Shown here: in pieces, positions 9,832 through 19,974 of the stretch
Layout of the letters: each line of letters starts with the position of its first letter
Position numbering within the stretch: position 1 is the stretch's first letter
Assembly: GCA_963665665.1 (NCBI GenBank)
Contig: OY762428.1
Coordinates: forward strand, 2,688,001-2,752,000
Origin: Candidatus Kapaibacterium sp.
GTDB taxonomy: Bacteria > Bacteroidota > Ignavibacteria > Kapaibacteriales > UBA2268
DNA length: 64,000 bases
Reading direction: 5' to 3'
Position numbers and translations under genes: made by a program
Notes under the pieces: model-generated
Seen by the model: the letters and a program-made list of their open reading frames with translations, nothing else
Databases searched by the model: none
What the model was told of the DNA's origin: nothing

Positions 9832-10842
9832 ATGAGAATTTATAAAAACCACTCGCTGAAAAAACTGAATACATTTAATATTGACATCAAAGCTGATACT
9901 TTTATTGAGATCAGCTCGGAAAGGGATTTGCAGGAATTGCAGGATCGGGGTATTTTTAACGAAAATTTTCTGATCCTCGGGGGTGGATCAAATATACTCT
10001 TCACTGATGATTATCGCGGTACGGTTATTCATCCGGCATTCCGGGGTATGGCCATGAGCAAAATTACCGATGAATATATTATAATGAAATGCGGAGCCGG
10101 AGAAAACTGGCACAACTTTGTGGAAACCTGCGTGAAAAGTAATTATTACGGCCTGGAAAATCTTGCTTTAATACCGGGAAATGTCGGCTCAGCGCCGGTT
10201 CAGAATATCGGGGCTTACGGCACAGAGCAGGGCGATTTTATTTATTCAGTAAAATACTGGGATGTTTTTGATGGCAGATTTGTTACTCTGGGCAGTGAAG
10301 AATGCAATTTTTCGTATAGGAATTCCATTTTTAAAAATGAACTAAAAGGCAGGGCTATAATCACCGAGGTCAGCTACAAACTAAGCAAAACTGAAAAACT
10401 GAACCTTAGCTATAAGGAACTGGCAGACGAGGTAAATAAATTCGTTGTAGTGATACCTGATGCGCGATATATTTTCAACGCTGTTTGCAGGATAAGGAAA
10501 CGAAAACTGCCCGACCATGAAATACTTGGCAATGCAGGTTCTTTCTTTAAAAATCCTGTTGTGAGCAGCAAAGAATTCGAAAAGATTAAATCAATTATTC
10601 CCGGCTTCAAAGCTTTCGAAACCAACAGTGGTTATAAATGCAGCGCTGCAAGGCTTATAGACCACTGCGGCTGGAAAGGCCGACGTGAAATCGATGCCGG
10701 AGTATCCGAAAAGCATGCCCTGATACTTGTTAACCACGGGAACGCCTCAGGAATGGATATATTTAATTTGTCGGAGAAAATCATCAATTCTGTGAAGGAA
10801 ATATTCGGAGTTCGGCTGGAAAGAGAAGTAAATATTATTTAA
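9832..10842 (+). CDS. murB: UDP-N-acetylenolpyruvoylglucosamine reductase
   Basis: LGGGSNIL, GLENLALIPG, APVQNIGAYG, GNAGSFFKNP and KHALILVN motifs. Confidence 0.97.
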   Translation: MRIYKNHSLKKLNTFNIDIKADTFIEISSERDLQELQDRGIFNENFLILGGGSNILFTDDYRGTVIHPAFRGMAMSKITDEYIIMKCGAGENWHNFVETCVKSNYYGLENLALIPGNVGSAPVQNIGAYGTEQGDFIYSVKYWDVFDGRFVTLGSEECNFSYRNSIFKNELKGRAIITEVSYKLSKTEKLNLSYKELADEVNKFVVVIPDARYIFNAVCRIRKRKLPDHEILGNAGSFFKNPVVSSKEFEKIKSIIPGFKAFETNSGYKCSAARLIDHCGWKGRREIDAGVSEKHALILVNHGNASGMDIFNLSEKIINSVKEIFGVRLEREVNII

Positions 10843-11101
10843 CACAGCTTATCTTCTATCAATTTTTTTCAATAGATTTCATTCCTGTCAGTATCTATTG
10901 GTTACTCCTTGCTATTTCATAATAATAGCATACAACCCCTTTTGCTATGCCCCGCCTGTTAGCGGAGGCAAGGCTCTCTTGACAATTGCAAAATTTACTT
11001 CGAAATATAATTACCCTTTGGAGCTGTGCTTTCTGATTCTATAATTCATCTTTGCAGGAAATCATAGTGCCAGAAACAAGCACGGAAGAATGGCAATTAA
11101 T

Positions 11102-11548
11102 TCAGAACAATTCCTTCAAAACCTTTTGCCTGTATTCAAATATGCCGCTTAGTTTCTTCCTGACAAGGGGAAGCGCCATATTGCCTATCAGCCCGAAAGG
11201 AAGAATATAACTGACAATATCCTTCATAAGGACGCCGTTAGCAGTTTCCATAAATATATGCTGATGATGCCAGAATTTGTAAGGCCCGAACCTCTGCTCG
11301 TCGATAAAGAAGTATGGCTCATTCACTGAGGTGATTTCGGTTACCCATGATGAATTGATGCCGCTGAAAGGGCTTACTTTATATTCGATAATAAGTCCGG
11401 TATAAATTTTATCAGGAAGCTCGGTTAATATTCTGAAATTCATTTCCCCGGGAGTGATCTTTGACAAATTGGCCGGATTCGAGAAAAATTCCCATGCCTT
11501 TTCAATTGATATTGGCAGTTCCTGTTTTTTTTTCAATACATTCAGCAA
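11102..11548 (-). CDS. SRPBCC-family protein
   Basis: AWEFFSNPANLSKITP and FIDEQRFGPYKFWHHQH motifs. Confidence 0.88.
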   Translation of the reverse strand: MLNVLKKKQELPISIEKAWEFFSNPANLSKITPGEMNFRILTELPDKIYTGLIIEYKVSPFSGINSSWVTEITSVNEPYFFIDEQRFGPYKFWHHQHIFMETANGVLMKDIVSYILPFGLIGNMALPLVRKKLSGIFEYRQKVLKELF

Positions 11549-11635
11549 ATTTACTCTCCATAAAAATAATAACTATTAAATGATTTAGTCTCGACGAAAC
11601 TTCCTGTTCTAAACCACGTATCCACCTTTAAAATA

Positions 11636-12577
11636 TTGATTATCAATTATGGAACAATGATGCAGACAATACTTGGTTCCGGCGGCGTTATAGGAATAGA
11701 ACTCGCGGGATATTTGCAGAAATATACTGACAGGATAAGGCTGGTAAGCCGAACTCCGAAAAAAGTGAATTCCGGGGACGAGACTTTTTCAGCTGACCTT
11801 CTGGACAGACAGCAGGTAATGAAAGCCGTGGAAGGTTCCGGGATTGTATATCTTACTGCCGGCCTGCCTTATGATTCAAAAATATGGGCTGAGAACTGGC
11901 CGGTAATAATGACCAATGTTATAGAAGCCTGCAAAAAGTACGACTCCAAACTTGTATTCTTTGACAATGTTTACATGTATGGAAAAGTTGACGGAAAAAT
12001 GACCGAGGAAACGCCCGTTAACCCTTGCAGCAGAAAAGGGGAAGTAAGGGCAAAAATTGCAGGCCTGCTTCTTGACGAAATGAAAATCGGCAATATCAGA
12101 GGCCTTATAGCAAGGTCGGCAGATTTTTACGGTCCGGGGGCGACAAATACTGCTGTACATCTGTTGATATGCGAGAAATTCAGGAACGGAAAAAAATCAA
12201 ACTGGCCGGGGAATGATAAGCTGGCGCATTCATTCACATACACACCCGATGCCGGAAAAGCTACAGCCCTTCTCGGGAATACCGAAGAAGCATACAACCA
12301 GGTTTGGCATCTGCCAACAAGTCCGGAAAAAATAACCGGGGAAGAAATGATAAATATGTTTGCAAAGGAGTTCTCGGTTCCCGCAAGATATTCCAGGCTT
12401 AGACCGCTTATGATGAAAATGGCGGGAATGTTTAACAAAACAGTAAAGGAAATGCTGGAAATGATGTACCAGATGGAATACGATTATATATTCGACAGCT
12501 CGAAATTCAATAATAAATTTTTTAAGCCAACAAACTATCTGCAGGGAATAAAGGATACTGCTAAAATATATAAATAA
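11636..12577 (+). CDS. NAD-dependent epimerase/dehydratase family protein
   Basis: ILGSGGVIG Rossmann motif; FFDNVYMYG and ARSADFYGPG. True start may be the ATG near 11658. Confidence 0.88.
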   Translation: MIINYGTMMQTILGSGGVIGIELAGYLQKYTDRIRLVSRTPKKVNSGDETFSADLLDRQQVMKAVEGSGIVYLTAGLPYDSKIWAENWPVIMTNVIEACKKYDSKLVFFDNVYMYGKVDGKMTEETPVNPCSRKGEVRAKIAGLLLDEMKIGNIRGLIARSADFYGPGATNTAVHLLICEKFRNGKKSNWPGNDKLAHSFTYTPDAGKATALLGNTEEAYNQVWHLPTSPEKITGEEMINMFAKEFSVPARYSRLRPLMMKMAGMFNKTVKEMLEMMYQMEYDYIFDSSKFNNKFFKPTNYLQGIKDTAKIYK

Positions 12578-12706
12578 CCTGCTGAATATTTGCGATACCC
12601 GGTATTTTTGAAACAAAAAAATCAAACTATGCCGGGATTTTTATTATCTTGAAATAATAATTATTTTCATTGAAATCAATTTACAAACACAATACAAGGA
12701 GCGATT

Positions 12707-13078
12707 ATGAAATTAGGAGCTTTTTCCGTTAGCCTCAGCGTTCAAGACCTTAAGAAATCCAAAGAATTTTATGAAAATATGGGCTTTTCGGCATTTGGCG
12801 GCGATATGAACAGCAACTACCTGATAATGAAGAATGGCGACGCAATAATCGGCCTGTTCCAGGGAATGTTCGAAGGCAATATCCTTACTTTTAATCCCGG
12901 CTGGGATTCTAATGCTCAAAAGCTGGAAAATTATGATGATATTCGTGAAATCAGGAAGCAGTTGAAAGACAAAGATATCAAATTTGAAAATGAATCTATC
13001 GAAAACTCAGCCGGTCCGGGCAGTTTTGTTATATTGGATCCGGACGGAAATGTAATTCTTGTCGATCAGCATGTGTAA
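12707..13078 (+). CDS. VOC/glyoxalase-family protein
   Basis: SVQDLKKSKEFYE and DPDGNVILVDQH motifs; preceded by AGGAG ribosome-binding site. Confidence 0.9.
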   Translation: MKLGAFSVSLSVQDLKKSKEFYENMGFSAFGGDMNSNYLIMKNGDAIIGLFQGMFEGNILTFNPGWDSNAQKLENYDDIREIRKQLKDKDIKFENESIENSAGPGSFVILDPDGNVILVDQHV

Positions 13079-13110
13079 AATTTAAGAACATATTTTTGAG
13101 AAAATAAGAA

Positions 13111-14301
13111 TTGGTTAATAATTCATATCAAAAAATATTTGCCCGGAAATTTACTGAAAAAGTGAAAGAACTGCCGGAAGCCATCGGGCTGGCTGTTGGC
13201 GGTTCATGGATCAGCGATGAAATTGACGAGTACTCTGACCTTGATTTTATCCTGATAACGGAAAACAGGATAAATGACAGCAGAGAGAAAATGATTGAAA
13301 CTGCTGCAAAGCTCGGCAAACTGATAAATGCCTTTACAGGAGAACATGTAGGCGAACCCCGCCTTTTGATCTGCATGTATGACAATCCGCTGATTCATGT
13401 TGATATAAAGTTCCTGACACTCGAAGAGTTCAGGGACAGGGTGGAAGAACCTGTTGTCCTGTGGGAGAAGGACAATGCTTTGACAAATGTAATTAATGAA
13501 ACTGAAGCAAGTTGGCCGGAAGTTGATTGCCAGTGGATTGAAGACAGGTTCTGGGCCTGGATTCACTATGCCGCACTGAAAGTCGGGCGCGGAGAAATAT
13601 TCGAAGCGATTGATTTTATCTCCGCCATTCGCCAAATGGTTATTGCCCCGCTAATGCAAATAAGAAACGGGCAGCTCCCCAGAGGCTTGCGAAAAGTTGA
13701 AACTAATTTTTTAGAGGACGACCTTGAAAACCTTAAAGAAACGATAGCCGCCTACGATAATTACTCAATTATCTCCGCAATTGATACTGTTATCTATATT
13801 TACCGCTTTCTTCGGGAAGAATTATTTCCCGAAGATATTCTTGGCCGCGAATTAGTTGAAGAAAGGGTTATCGGCTATTGGAATAAAATTAAAATGCAGA
13901 AATGTGACAATACCGATGAAGCCCTGAAAATTAACGGTTTCAGAAATAAGAAATTCGATCTGTCGGTGGCAATAAACAGCCTGAAAATATTTTTCAATAA
14001 TAATCCTAAATCCGAATACATCTGGATTGATCCGCCATGGGTTTTGGCCAAAGGCGACGAAGTAATAACAACCTACATGGAGCATCCGGATAGTTCCAGC
14101 CCCCGATATAATATTCTGTTCAAAAAGTGGTTGGAAAATTTCCGGGGATTACGCGATTCCGAGTTTATTGATTATAAATATGAGAACCCGGTTCTTTACC
14201 TGAACTTCTCAAACGGGTACAGGCTAATTATTGATTCCGGGGATTGCAACGTAAAACCCGGTTGGTGGTATTTCCACTGGTATGTTAGAACCGAAGGCTG
14301 A
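13111..14301 (+). CDS. Nucleotidyltransferase (aminoglycoside/lincosamide adenylyltransferase-like) with C-terminal extension
   Basis: GGSW...DEYSDLDF pol-beta-type motif, FTGEHVGEPRLLI and WIEDRFWAWIHY; about 130 extra C-terminal residues. Confidence 0.7.
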   Translation: MVNNSYQKIFARKFTEKVKELPEAIGLAVGGSWISDEIDEYSDLDFILITENRINDSREKMIETAAKLGKLINAFTGEHVGEPRLLICMYDNPLIHVDIKFLTLEEFRDRVEEPVVLWEKDNALTNVINETEASWPEVDCQWIEDRFWAWIHYAALKVGRGEIFEAIDFISAIRQMVIAPLMQIRNGQLPRGLRKVETNFLEDDLENLKETIAAYDNYSIISAIDTVIYIYRFLREELFPEDILGRELVEERVIGYWNKIKMQKCDNTDEALKINGFRNKKFDLSVAINSLKIFFNNNPKSEYIWIDPPWVLAKGDEVITTYMEHPDSSSPRYNILFKKWLENFRGLRDSEFIDYKYENPVLYLNFSNGYRLIIDSGDCNVKPGWWYFHWYVRTEG

Positions 14302-14394
14302 ATAAAGGGCTTTTATTTGTGGTTTTTACTATTTTTGATAGGATTTTTAAATTGACACACTCATTGCCATGTACAGGCGGCTTTTTGTTCCCCG

Positions 14395-14665
14395 CTGGCC
14401 CCGAGGTGTCGGACCAGGTGATTAAACCGTAGGGGCAACCCTTGTGGTTGACCGAAAAAGAATCCATCTTCCTTAACGGATAAAGTATGAAGAATGTATA
14501 CTTCGCTCCGCTCAGTATGAAATTCCAGGCGCCGGCGGGGGACGGGTAACGTTGTCATTTTGAAGGAGCTTACGACTGAAGAATCCATCTTCGTTTGCCT
14601 ATAATGTATGAAGAAACCACCCCGCCATTCGGGCACCCCCAGCCTGCCCCGATATATCGGGGCCA
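14395..14665. repeat. Intergenic cluster of palindromic repeats
   Basis: GTAG-type REP gtaggggcaacccttgtggttgacc (14429-14453), GTCATT-family halves, ccaccccgcc..gggcacccc, and cctgccccgatatatcgggg. Confidence 0.7.
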
Positions 14666-14756
14666 GGAAGTGACATGGAAATACTAACAAAAATGTCCGC
14701 CACTTTTAGGGTGACGGACATCTGAGACTTATCTCTGCTTTTCTAAATCTAGCCTG

Positions 14757-16367
14757 CTAAAGATTCTTTTTAGATACTTTACGTCCTTTCATTGTGTAAA
14801 GCACCGGCCGCAATTCCTTCTTTGCTGTCCCATTGGGTGTTGCAGGACGCTTGAGAACAATCTCCGTCGTTTCCAGGCTAACCTCTGCTCCCCATAAGTA
14901 TTCAATACCCATCAGCACATCCGGAACAAAATCTTTGATAAGTTGCTTGCCTTCAAACTGGTGCTTCAGATAAAGTTTCTCGCCGCCTGATTTACTTTCG
15001 TCAACTTCAATTACAGGCGGATGATAGAGAGAGTCTATCAGCATTTTCTTGTAGTCTTCGGCTTTGCGGCTTTTTACATAATACTCAACTGTCTGTCGCT
15101 GCTGGTTATAGCGCTGCCCCACAACAAACAGGTTGTACATATCCACGAAGTCCTGATCCACGAAAGTGTTAATCAGCATGAAATCAGTAAAACTGCTCCT
15201 GATATCAAAAATTGCATCTTTCCCAAGGCCGGCATTGGTATTATAATTATCACGTTTCTCTGAATTTCTGAGAATCTGGTAACGATAGTTCAGTTTGCCT
15301 TTGTCAGCAAGATCCTCAATATACTGCAGGAGCCGCAGCCCTATTGCATAAGGGTTAAGCCCTACTCGGGAAATTGACGTTACTCCGGCGTTAAGCCTTG
15401 CATATCCAACTTCGTGGCCTTTAATCCTGTCGTCCATACGGAAAAGTTTGTCATGCCAATAGCTTGCCCAGCCCTCATTGCATATCTTTGACCTGATCTG
15501 GGGTGCAAAGTACAGGGAAGTATTGCGAACAACTGCCATAACTGATTTCATCCAGGCATTTTTGCGAAAGTTCAGGATTGGAGAATTGTCCAAAAGAAAT
15601 TGCATCAGATCGATATACTCTTTCTTTTCGCTTTTCCTTGACTCGGTATAAAGCGCTTCAAACTCCGGGTATTTATTCTTCACATCGGAAAAGAACATGC
15701 TTCCTGCCATATCAGGATTTTGATCGTGAAGTGCGTTATACCTTGATATTTCTTTATAAATATTATTCGTGCTGAGTTTTTTCTCCTCCTGGAGAAAAAC
15801 GTCAAAATAGTAAGAAAGCTTGTCTTCCGGCATCTTTTCGGCAGGGATATTATTCCTGCTCAGCCCGTGGAAATAGCCCGTTATATTATCAATTGAACGC
15901 GCGAATTCCAGGCTGTAATCAACCCAGCGTCCGTGCCTGGAGCGCAGGCTTTCTATCAGTCTTTTATCCGCCAGAGCCTGGCCTGCAAAGTCATCGTTCC
16001 AGGTATGCTCGAAGAGAATACTGTTCTGGAAAAAATCTATATGCCCAAGCACGTGATAGAAGATCATAATATTCATCCAGTCCGGGTTATTATCATTATA
16101 AAATGAAATTGCCGGACGGGTATTGATCACGGTTTCATAAGGATTGTTCGGATAAAGTTTGTACTTACCGTACTGCTTCAATACCTCAACGTCGTGAACC
16201 CAGTAATCATACAAAGTAGGTATCATTACCTTTGGCGAAAGGTCGAGCATATCCTTGTTGGTAACAATATATTCAAGCGTTTCATTATCGAAGCTCAGCC
16301 CGGCGTCTCTTGCACGGACCTTGCATTCTTCCATGATCGCTTTCGTTTTTTGATCTATAAGCTTCAT
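14757..16367 (-). CDS. spoVR: SpoVR/YcgB-family protein
   Basis: YETVINTRP, HVLGHIDFF, KICNEGWASYWH and NPYAIG motifs; follows the DUF444 and PrkA genes. Confidence 0.9.
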   Translation of the reverse strand: MKLIDQKTKAIMEECKVRARDAGLSFDNETLEYIVTNKDMLDLSPKVMIPTLYDYWVHDVEVLKQYGKYKLYPNNPYETVINTRPAISFYNDNNPDWMNIMIFYHVLGHIDFFQNSILFEHTWNDDFAGQALADKRLIESLRSRHGRWVDYSLEFARSIDNITGYFHGLSRNNIPAEKMPEDKLSYYFDVFLQEEKKLSTNNIYKEISRYNALHDQNPDMAGSMFFSDVKNKYPEFEALYTESRKSEKKEYIDLMQFLLDNSPILNFRKNAWMKSVMAVVRNTSLYFAPQIRSKICNEGWASYWHDKLFRMDDRIKGHEVGYARLNAGVTSISRVGLNPYAIGLRLLQYIEDLADKGKLNYRYQILRNSEKRDNYNTNAGLGKDAIFDIRSSFTDFMLINTFVDQDFVDMYNLFVVGQRYNQQRQTVEYYVKSRKAEDYKKMLIDSLYHPPVIEVDESKSGGEKLYLKHQFEGKQLIKDFVPDVLMGIEYLWGAEVSLETTEIVLKRPATPNGTAKKELRPVLYTMKGRKVSKKNL

Positions 16368-16403
16368 TGCTTTTCCGGTCGTATAATTATTAATTCGATG
16401 TCA

Positions 16404-17789
16404 TCAGGAAATCAGGTTCCTGATTCCTTCAACTATCCTGCTTTCGGATACTCCGGTTGAGTGGAAGGCATCAAGACGCAGAAGTTCCTGCATAGATTTC
16501 AGAAGTCCGGATGCATCCATGTATTTTTCCACCGTTGTCGGAGATGATCCGGCCCATGAATTTTTAGCTACAGTTATTCCCACCCTGTTCGAGTATTTCA
16601 GGATTTCCTTCAGCTCTTTCAGCATTTCCTTGCCGCTTGAATCCCAGTCGTCACCGTCAGTACCATAAAACACGTAGATATTATAATGCGCGGCAAAACC
16701 GCCTTCCTCCACAATTTTATTAACTAAGTTGAATGCCGGGGCAATCTTTGTGCCGCCTGCCACCTGCGAACGGTAGTAGGTGTCAAAATCAGGAACTTCC
16801 TTTGCTTCGGTGTCGTGAACGATAAACTTGGTTTCGACGTTGCCCTGGTACTGGAACATCAGCCAGGAATAAAGCAGCAGGTGCTGCTGAGCGATAACTT
16901 TTGTAGGGTCGCCCTGCATGGAACCGGAATAGTCCCTCAGGAAGAATACCATCGCCTGCGATTCAAAATCCTTCTCTTTGGACAGTATCCTGAAAACCTG
17001 ATCGTTAGGATTTATCAGCAGATCCTGAGTATCAATTGGCTCGCCTGCTTTTACCCTGCCGAGCTGGATATTAGTCTGTACAATTTTCTTAATAGTTTCT
17101 TTTTTCTCGAGTATCTGCCCGAATCCGCGGTTACGGTCTGTCAGGTCGTAGATATACTTTGTCATCGAGCGCTTGGTTCCTTTTTGCTTCAGGTTGGGCA
17201 GCTTGAATTTTTCGGTTATTACCCTGCCGAGATCGAAAGCGTCCTGGCTAACGTCGTGATCGCTGCCGTCTCCCTGGCCTGCGCCGGTACCTTCGCCCTC
17301 GCCCTGCTGAGGCTGTGCCGGCTGCTCGCCGATAACTTCGCCTTCGTCGCCTTCACCGGAACCGCCAGTTTCACCTTCGCCTTCACCATCACTTTCTTCA
17401 GTAACGGAATCATCATGGTAAAACTTTGGTTCCGTAGTGCTGGGAACGATAATTACTTTATTATCCTTTCCCTGTCCGGGCTTAATCAATTTTCCGATTT
17501 TTATCCTTCTCGGGAAACCGTCTTCCTCCCTTTTATTATCCTGGTCGAGCAGTTCATCCAGTGTTTTCAGGTCCATCACAGCGGAATGCGGTGGCCTGAA
17601 ATATCCGGGAAGGATATCGAAATCGCTCTTGTCATAAAGTCCCTGAGTCGGCGGTAAAACCGGGTCGTTCTCTTCGGGCCTGACTCCGGCAATCTCCCGG
17701 AGCATCATACTTCCATGCTCGGGAGAGTCATCTTCCAGAAGGTATTTTCTGTATAATTTATATAATTCTTCTTCTTTTTTCGATTTCAT
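16404..17789 (-). CDS. yeaH: YeaH/YhbH (DUF444) vWA-like protein
   Basis: Gly/Glu-rich linker; RDYSGSM, GGTK and GTDGDDW motifs; operon context. Confidence 0.88.
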   Translation of the reverse strand: MKSKKEEELYKLYRKYLLEDDSPEHGSMMLREIAGVRPEENDPVLPPTQGLYDKSDFDILPGYFRPPHSAVMDLKTLDELLDQDNKREEDGFPRRIKIGKLIKPGQGKDNKVIIVPSTTEPKFYHDDSVTEESDGEGEGETGGSGEGDEGEVIGEQPAQPQQGEGEGTGAGQGDGSDHDVSQDAFDLGRVITEKFKLPNLKQKGTKRSMTKYIYDLTDRNRGFGQILEKKETIKKIVQTNIQLGRVKAGEPIDTQDLLINPNDQVFRILSKEKDFESQAMVFFLRDYSGSMQGDPTKVIAQQHLLLYSWLMFQYQGNVETKFIVHDTEAKEVPDFDTYYRSQVAGGTKIAPAFNLVNKIVEEGGFAAHYNIYVFYGTDGDDWDSSGKEMLKELKEILKYSNRVGITVAKNSWAGSSPTTVEKYMDASGLLKSMQELLRLDAFHSTGVSESRIVEGIRNLIS

Positions 17790-17823
17790 TTTCAGCCATT
17801 ATATTTTTTTCTTAATGTACGGC

Positions 17824-19908
17824 TTAATTACTGTCGTCCTGAGAGCAGAAATACTCAATTGTCTTTTCAGAGCAAGTTCTGCAATAGCCCAGCTTGTTCA
17901 TCATTGTATCAATCATCCTGTTGTATAATTTCTGATTTTCCTCGTTAGTTCTGTTCGACAGGGCACCAACAAGGCTTCCTGCCCCGGCAACATCGGATTT
18001 CAGCCTGACATCTGTAACAGCTTTCACCAGGTCGTTGTTGTCCATGAAATTATAATTTGGTTCGCGGATCATCTTCTGTCCGTATATTTTTGCAATAGTT
18101 GTGCGGAAGCTCTGTTTCTGTTCCTTGTTTTTAAGGCCCATGCGGTCTTCCACGCTGTTGATGAAAGTTTCGTCGATTTTCATTGAAACCAGTTTACCGG
18201 TTTGTGGATCGCGATATGTCCACATTTTATCGGTACCAAGGTTTTTAGCGTCGATGCCGATGATCATATTCACATAGTTCATAACGTCTTTTTCAATTGC
18301 GTCCGGTTCGTCCATGTAGGCGTTGAAAATAGTCGTCATTACATTTTTGCGGTGAAGTCCGCGGGCTATTTTCGCATCGTTCAGATATTTTGCCCTGTCG
18401 TTGGAATCCTGTACGTAATCAAGTATTACACTTTCGAGCGCGGGGAAAATATCTCCGGCATACATGCATTTGCCTTCCTGTGTTTCCGAGCGTTCCAGCA
18501 GCACCTGGATGGCGCGGCCAAGATTCCTGTGGCCAAGCCCTTTCTGACCGAAACGTTTAGTTACGTCAGGATCGTTGTTCAGGTCGCTGATAACTTCGCT
18601 CAGAGTTTTAATACTCTTTTCTCCGGCCACTTCTCCGGCGCTTAGTTTCATCATTTCGATTGATGTAAGCTTATCGGATTTTGGCATTCTTGTAAGGGTA
18701 ATAGCTACCGAAACTGCATAATTCAAATTTGGGTCGATATGCATCTGGTCGCCGCTGAAAGTAGTTTTCTTGCGTCCGCCGATGGCATATCTTGTCAGTT
18801 GTTTCTGCAACAGGTAATTTGTATTGTGCGACATGTAGCAGAGCCGGCAGCGGTCAACAATCGGAGCCTGTTCTTTTTCTTCAAGGAAGCGGGCAAATTC
18901 CGAGTTGTTGGATGTTGCAATGATAAGTGTATCCAAAGGCCATTTGAATCCTTCGATATCAATTGTCCGGTTCTGGATAACGCCAAGGTAAACCTGCACC
19001 AGGTCGCGCTTGTTCTTGAATATCTCATCCGAGAAATGGATACCGCCGCCAGCCACGCGGGCAAGAGCGCCACGCCTGAGGTCGAAACGGTAAGGGTTGT
19101 TTGTATCTGTAATATTAAGAATCCTTGAAATCGATTCCTCACCGAGAAGATCCACTGCCGAAGATGTAATCTTATCTTTAGCGGCATATTTACCGGTTAC
19201 GGTTCCCCTTGATTCGCTTATCGGAACGGGAACAATTTCAATCATATCCAGCATGGCATTCATATCACCGCCGGTAAATTCCCGTACCTGTTCCCATATA
19301 TAATCAGTACAGGCACCAAGCGGACGATAGGCATTGTAAATTTCTTCAATTTTTTCTTCGCTGCCACCGTTTTTTATCATGAAGTTGATATTGTCTTCTT
19401 TTGACTCGAAAAGGTTCATGGCAAGAACCATCGGATCTTCGAAAGTCTGCGACTCGATAAATTTGATTTTTCCGTAATCGCCAAGATTGTCAAGACCATT
19501 GAAGCGGAAAGTATAGCGTTTGTTTTCCGGACGTGATATAAAATTCCTGTACAGGTAGGACAGGTGATCGACGAAGAAAGTTTTACCGTTGCCGGGTTCG
19601 CCGATCAGGACAAATGCCATTTCGGAAGAAGAGCCGCCCTCGGCAGCGTCCTTCACATAGGATACGAAGCTGTTAATTTCATCGTACATGCCGATGATAT
19701 GTTTTTTCCCCTGGCGGAAAATCTTAAAATCATAGGTGGAACGACCGTTAACGGTCACTTTCTCGATCATTGACTGATCTTCAAGAATCATTCTTGAAAC
19801 AGATTTAAAAACGTTTTCAAATCTTCTTTTTCCATTTAATACATTTTGCACGTGAAAGGCGAGCGAGTTTTCAGCTGCCTTGGGTACTGCCGTTGTTCTC
19901 TTTGCCAT
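17824..19908 (-). CDS. prkA: PrkA/YeaG-family AAA+ serine kinase
   Basis: Walker A GEPGNGKT, DEIFKN, and LGYCRTCSEKTIEYF C-terminus; precedes yeaH and spoVR. Confidence 0.88.
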   Translation of the reverse strand: MAKRTTAVPKAAENSLAFHVQNVLNGKRRFENVFKSVSRMILEDQSMIEKVTVNGRSTYDFKIFRQGKKHIIGMYDEINSFVSYVKDAAEGGSSSEMAFVLIGEPGNGKTFFVDHLSYLYRNFISRPENKRYTFRFNGLDNLGDYGKIKFIESQTFEDPMVLAMNLFESKEDNINFMIKNGGSEEKIEEIYNAYRPLGACTDYIWEQVREFTGGDMNAMLDMIEIVPVPISESRGTVTGKYAAKDKITSSAVDLLGEESISRILNITDTNNPYRFDLRRGALARVAGGGIHFSDEIFKNKRDLVQVYLGVIQNRTIDIEGFKWPLDTLIIATSNNSEFARFLEEKEQAPIVDRCRLCYMSHNTNYLLQKQLTRYAIGGRKKTTFSGDQMHIDPNLNYAVSVAITLTRMPKSDKLTSIEMMKLSAGEVAGEKSIKTLSEVISDLNNDPDVTKRFGQKGLGHRNLGRAIQVLLERSETQEGKCMYAGDIFPALESVILDYVQDSNDRAKYLNDAKIARGLHRKNVMTTIFNAYMDEPDAIEKDVMNYVNMIIGIDAKNLGTDKMWTYRDPQTGKLVSMKIDETFINSVEDRMGLKNKEQKQSFRTTIAKIYGQKMIREPNYNFMDNNDLVKAVTDVRLKSDVAGAGSLVGALSNRTNEENQKLYNRMIDTMMNKLGYCRTCSEKTIEYFCSQDDSN

Positions 19909-19974
19909 AATGGGCCTCCGGTAAAAAAATTAAATTATTATTTCAAATTCTAAGTAAAAATCTTATTTAGTTTT

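Noticed and set aside
10850-11095. Possible lipoprotein pseudogene on the minus strand (..SGTMISCKDEL*)
   Set aside because: Too short and degenerate to support without a homology search.
16815-17657. 280-aa plus-strand ORF and other long antisense ORFs in the prkA operon
   Set aside because: Shadow frames opposite well-supported genes, with no recognisable motifs.
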